DNA of 64,000 bases from a virus. Where the stretch lies: positions 7,424-71,423 of the IMG/VR virus record IMGVR_UViG_2935901341_000001; one strand, written 5' to 3'. The notes under the pieces were generated by a model that did not search any database, was not told the DNA's origin, and saw only the letters and a list, made by a program, of their open reading frames with translations. Shown here piece by piece: positions 63,162 through 64,000 of this stretch (positions are counted from its first letter, which is position 1; the number at the start of each line of letters is the position of its first letter). Both the position numbers and the translations under genes were made by a program.

Positions 63162-63948
63162 GGTGGCCGGTCTCGGCCACAACAACCCTCCCACGCCTAC
63201 CCTCTCCGAGCACCTCGCAATCGACTACCGCAAGCTCATGGACCAGGTCGAGAAGCTGGCGGCCGACGCGAATGCCGTCAAGACGCTCGTCGACGCGGCT
63301 GAGAAACCAGATGACGACGGCAAGCCCGCAGGCCTCAACGACGAGCTCGTCGAGAAGATGGTCGAGGTTGGCAAGGCGGCGACCAAGCTGGCTTCCAGTA
63401 GCGGCATCGATAACGACCGCACGTCGGCGACCAAAAGCCGTCGTGATGAGATCGAAATCATCAACGGCTTTTTCAACACCATGAAGGCAAGGGTCGAGCG
63501 CATCAAAACAGCCTTCGCCGAGAAGGTCGGCGCGTACAACGCCGAGAAGCAAGCTCAGGAAGCCCGCGATGCTGCTGAGCGTGCCCGCATTGCCCAGGAA
63601 CTTGCCGCTGAAAAGCTCGAAGAAGCTCAGAACGCCGAGCATTCAGTCCTGGGCGATGTTGTGATGAACGAAGCAGCCGTGCTTGAAGACGCTGCGCAGA
63701 AGGCAGCGCGAGAGGCAGTCAAGGCTGGCACTGGCCCGCTTCGAACCGGCGCCGGCACGGTCAGCAGCAGCGGCCGATGGACGGCGGAAATCACCGACGC
63801 CTCCAAGATCCCGCTCGAGGAACTGCGCACCTTCATCAAGATCGCCGATCTCGAAAAGTTCGTCCGCGCCTACGCCGGCCACCACAAAGACACCAAGCCC
63901 CTGCCCGGCGTCCGGATCTTCCGCGACTCCAAGACCTCCTTCCGCTGA
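63148..63948 (+). CDS. Coiled-coil recombination-module protein
   Basis: GLGHNNPP N-terminus, long helices, LPGVRIF C-terminus. Confidence 0.75.
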   Translation: MDASEVAGLGHNNPPTPTLSEHLAIDYRKLMDQVEKLAADANAVKTLVDAAEKPDDDGKPAGLNDELVEKMVEVGKAATKLASSSGIDNDRTSATKSRRDEIEIINGFFNTMKARVERIKTAFAEKVGAYNAEKQAQEARDAAERARIAQELAAEKLEEAQNAEHSVLGDVVMNEAAVLEDAAQKAAREAVKAGTGPLRTGAGTVSSSGRWTAEITDASKIPLEELRTFIKIADLEKFVRAYAGHHKDTKPLPGVRIFRDSKTSFR

Positions 63949-63960
63949 TCGGAGCCTTCC

Positions 63961-64000
63961 ATGAACGATGTAGCCATTTCGAACGACCCGAACGTTCAGA
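63961..64000 (+). CDS. Partial ORF, probably the ssDNA-annealing recombinase
   Basis: GGAG RBS and ATG at 63961; identity inferred only from position after the exonuclease. Confidence 0.35.
   Translation, partial: MNDVAISNDPNVQ

Larger units (their letters stand above)
4230..64000. mobile_element. Large temperate siphovirus prophage (HK97-type head, cos packaging); left boundary approximate, continues past the right edge
   Basis: Complete lysis, tail, head, terminase, replication, CI/Cro and recombination modules in lambdoid order. Confidence 0.95.

Noticed and set aside
1-64000. Integrase, IS transposase, rRNA or cas genes
   Set aside because: No tyrosine/serine recombinase, DDE, rRNA or Cas motifs were found in any frame provided.

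Overview
The window is almost entirely temperate-phage DNA in an alphaproteobacterial host, probably Rhizobiaceae (inferred from GcrA-, GapR- and DUF1515-like genes and high GC). From about 4.2 kb to beyond the right edge lies a large cos-type siphovirus prophage. In genome order it carries: cargo genes (4.2-9.1 kb: secreted Cys-rich proteins, LigD-type ligase, HEPN-like protein, candidate sRNAs); lysis (9.2-10.9 kb); tail (11-28 kb); HK97-type head and packaging (28-37.7 kb); a 1.2 kb non-coding control region; a 14 kb early block on the opposite strand (39.2-53.3 kb: DUF932, HerA-like ATPase, methylase-like protein, beta clamp, ParB-like); replication and regulation (53-61 kb: primase-helicase, MT-A70, RuvC, GapR, GcrA, Cro); CI; and the start of the recombination operon. 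No integrase is in the window. An intact tRNA-Cys(GCA) sits at 4044-4117 (-). Beyond its 3' end is a second, satellite-like element with a cos-like signal, a TerS-like gene and a coupled MBL-hydrolase + 4-TM pair (candidate anti-phage system). Most unusual observations: (1) a ~600-nt hairpin-dense, GNRA-rich untranslated RNA heading an early block that should be the first DNA ejected; (2) two homologous non-coding elements 23.7 kb apart with TTCCGC repeats at exact 11-bp phase; (3) a second full tail-tube gene with a C-terminal extension next to an SGNH esterase; (4) the MBL/TM pair. Family assignments are by eye from motifs; no database searches were run.
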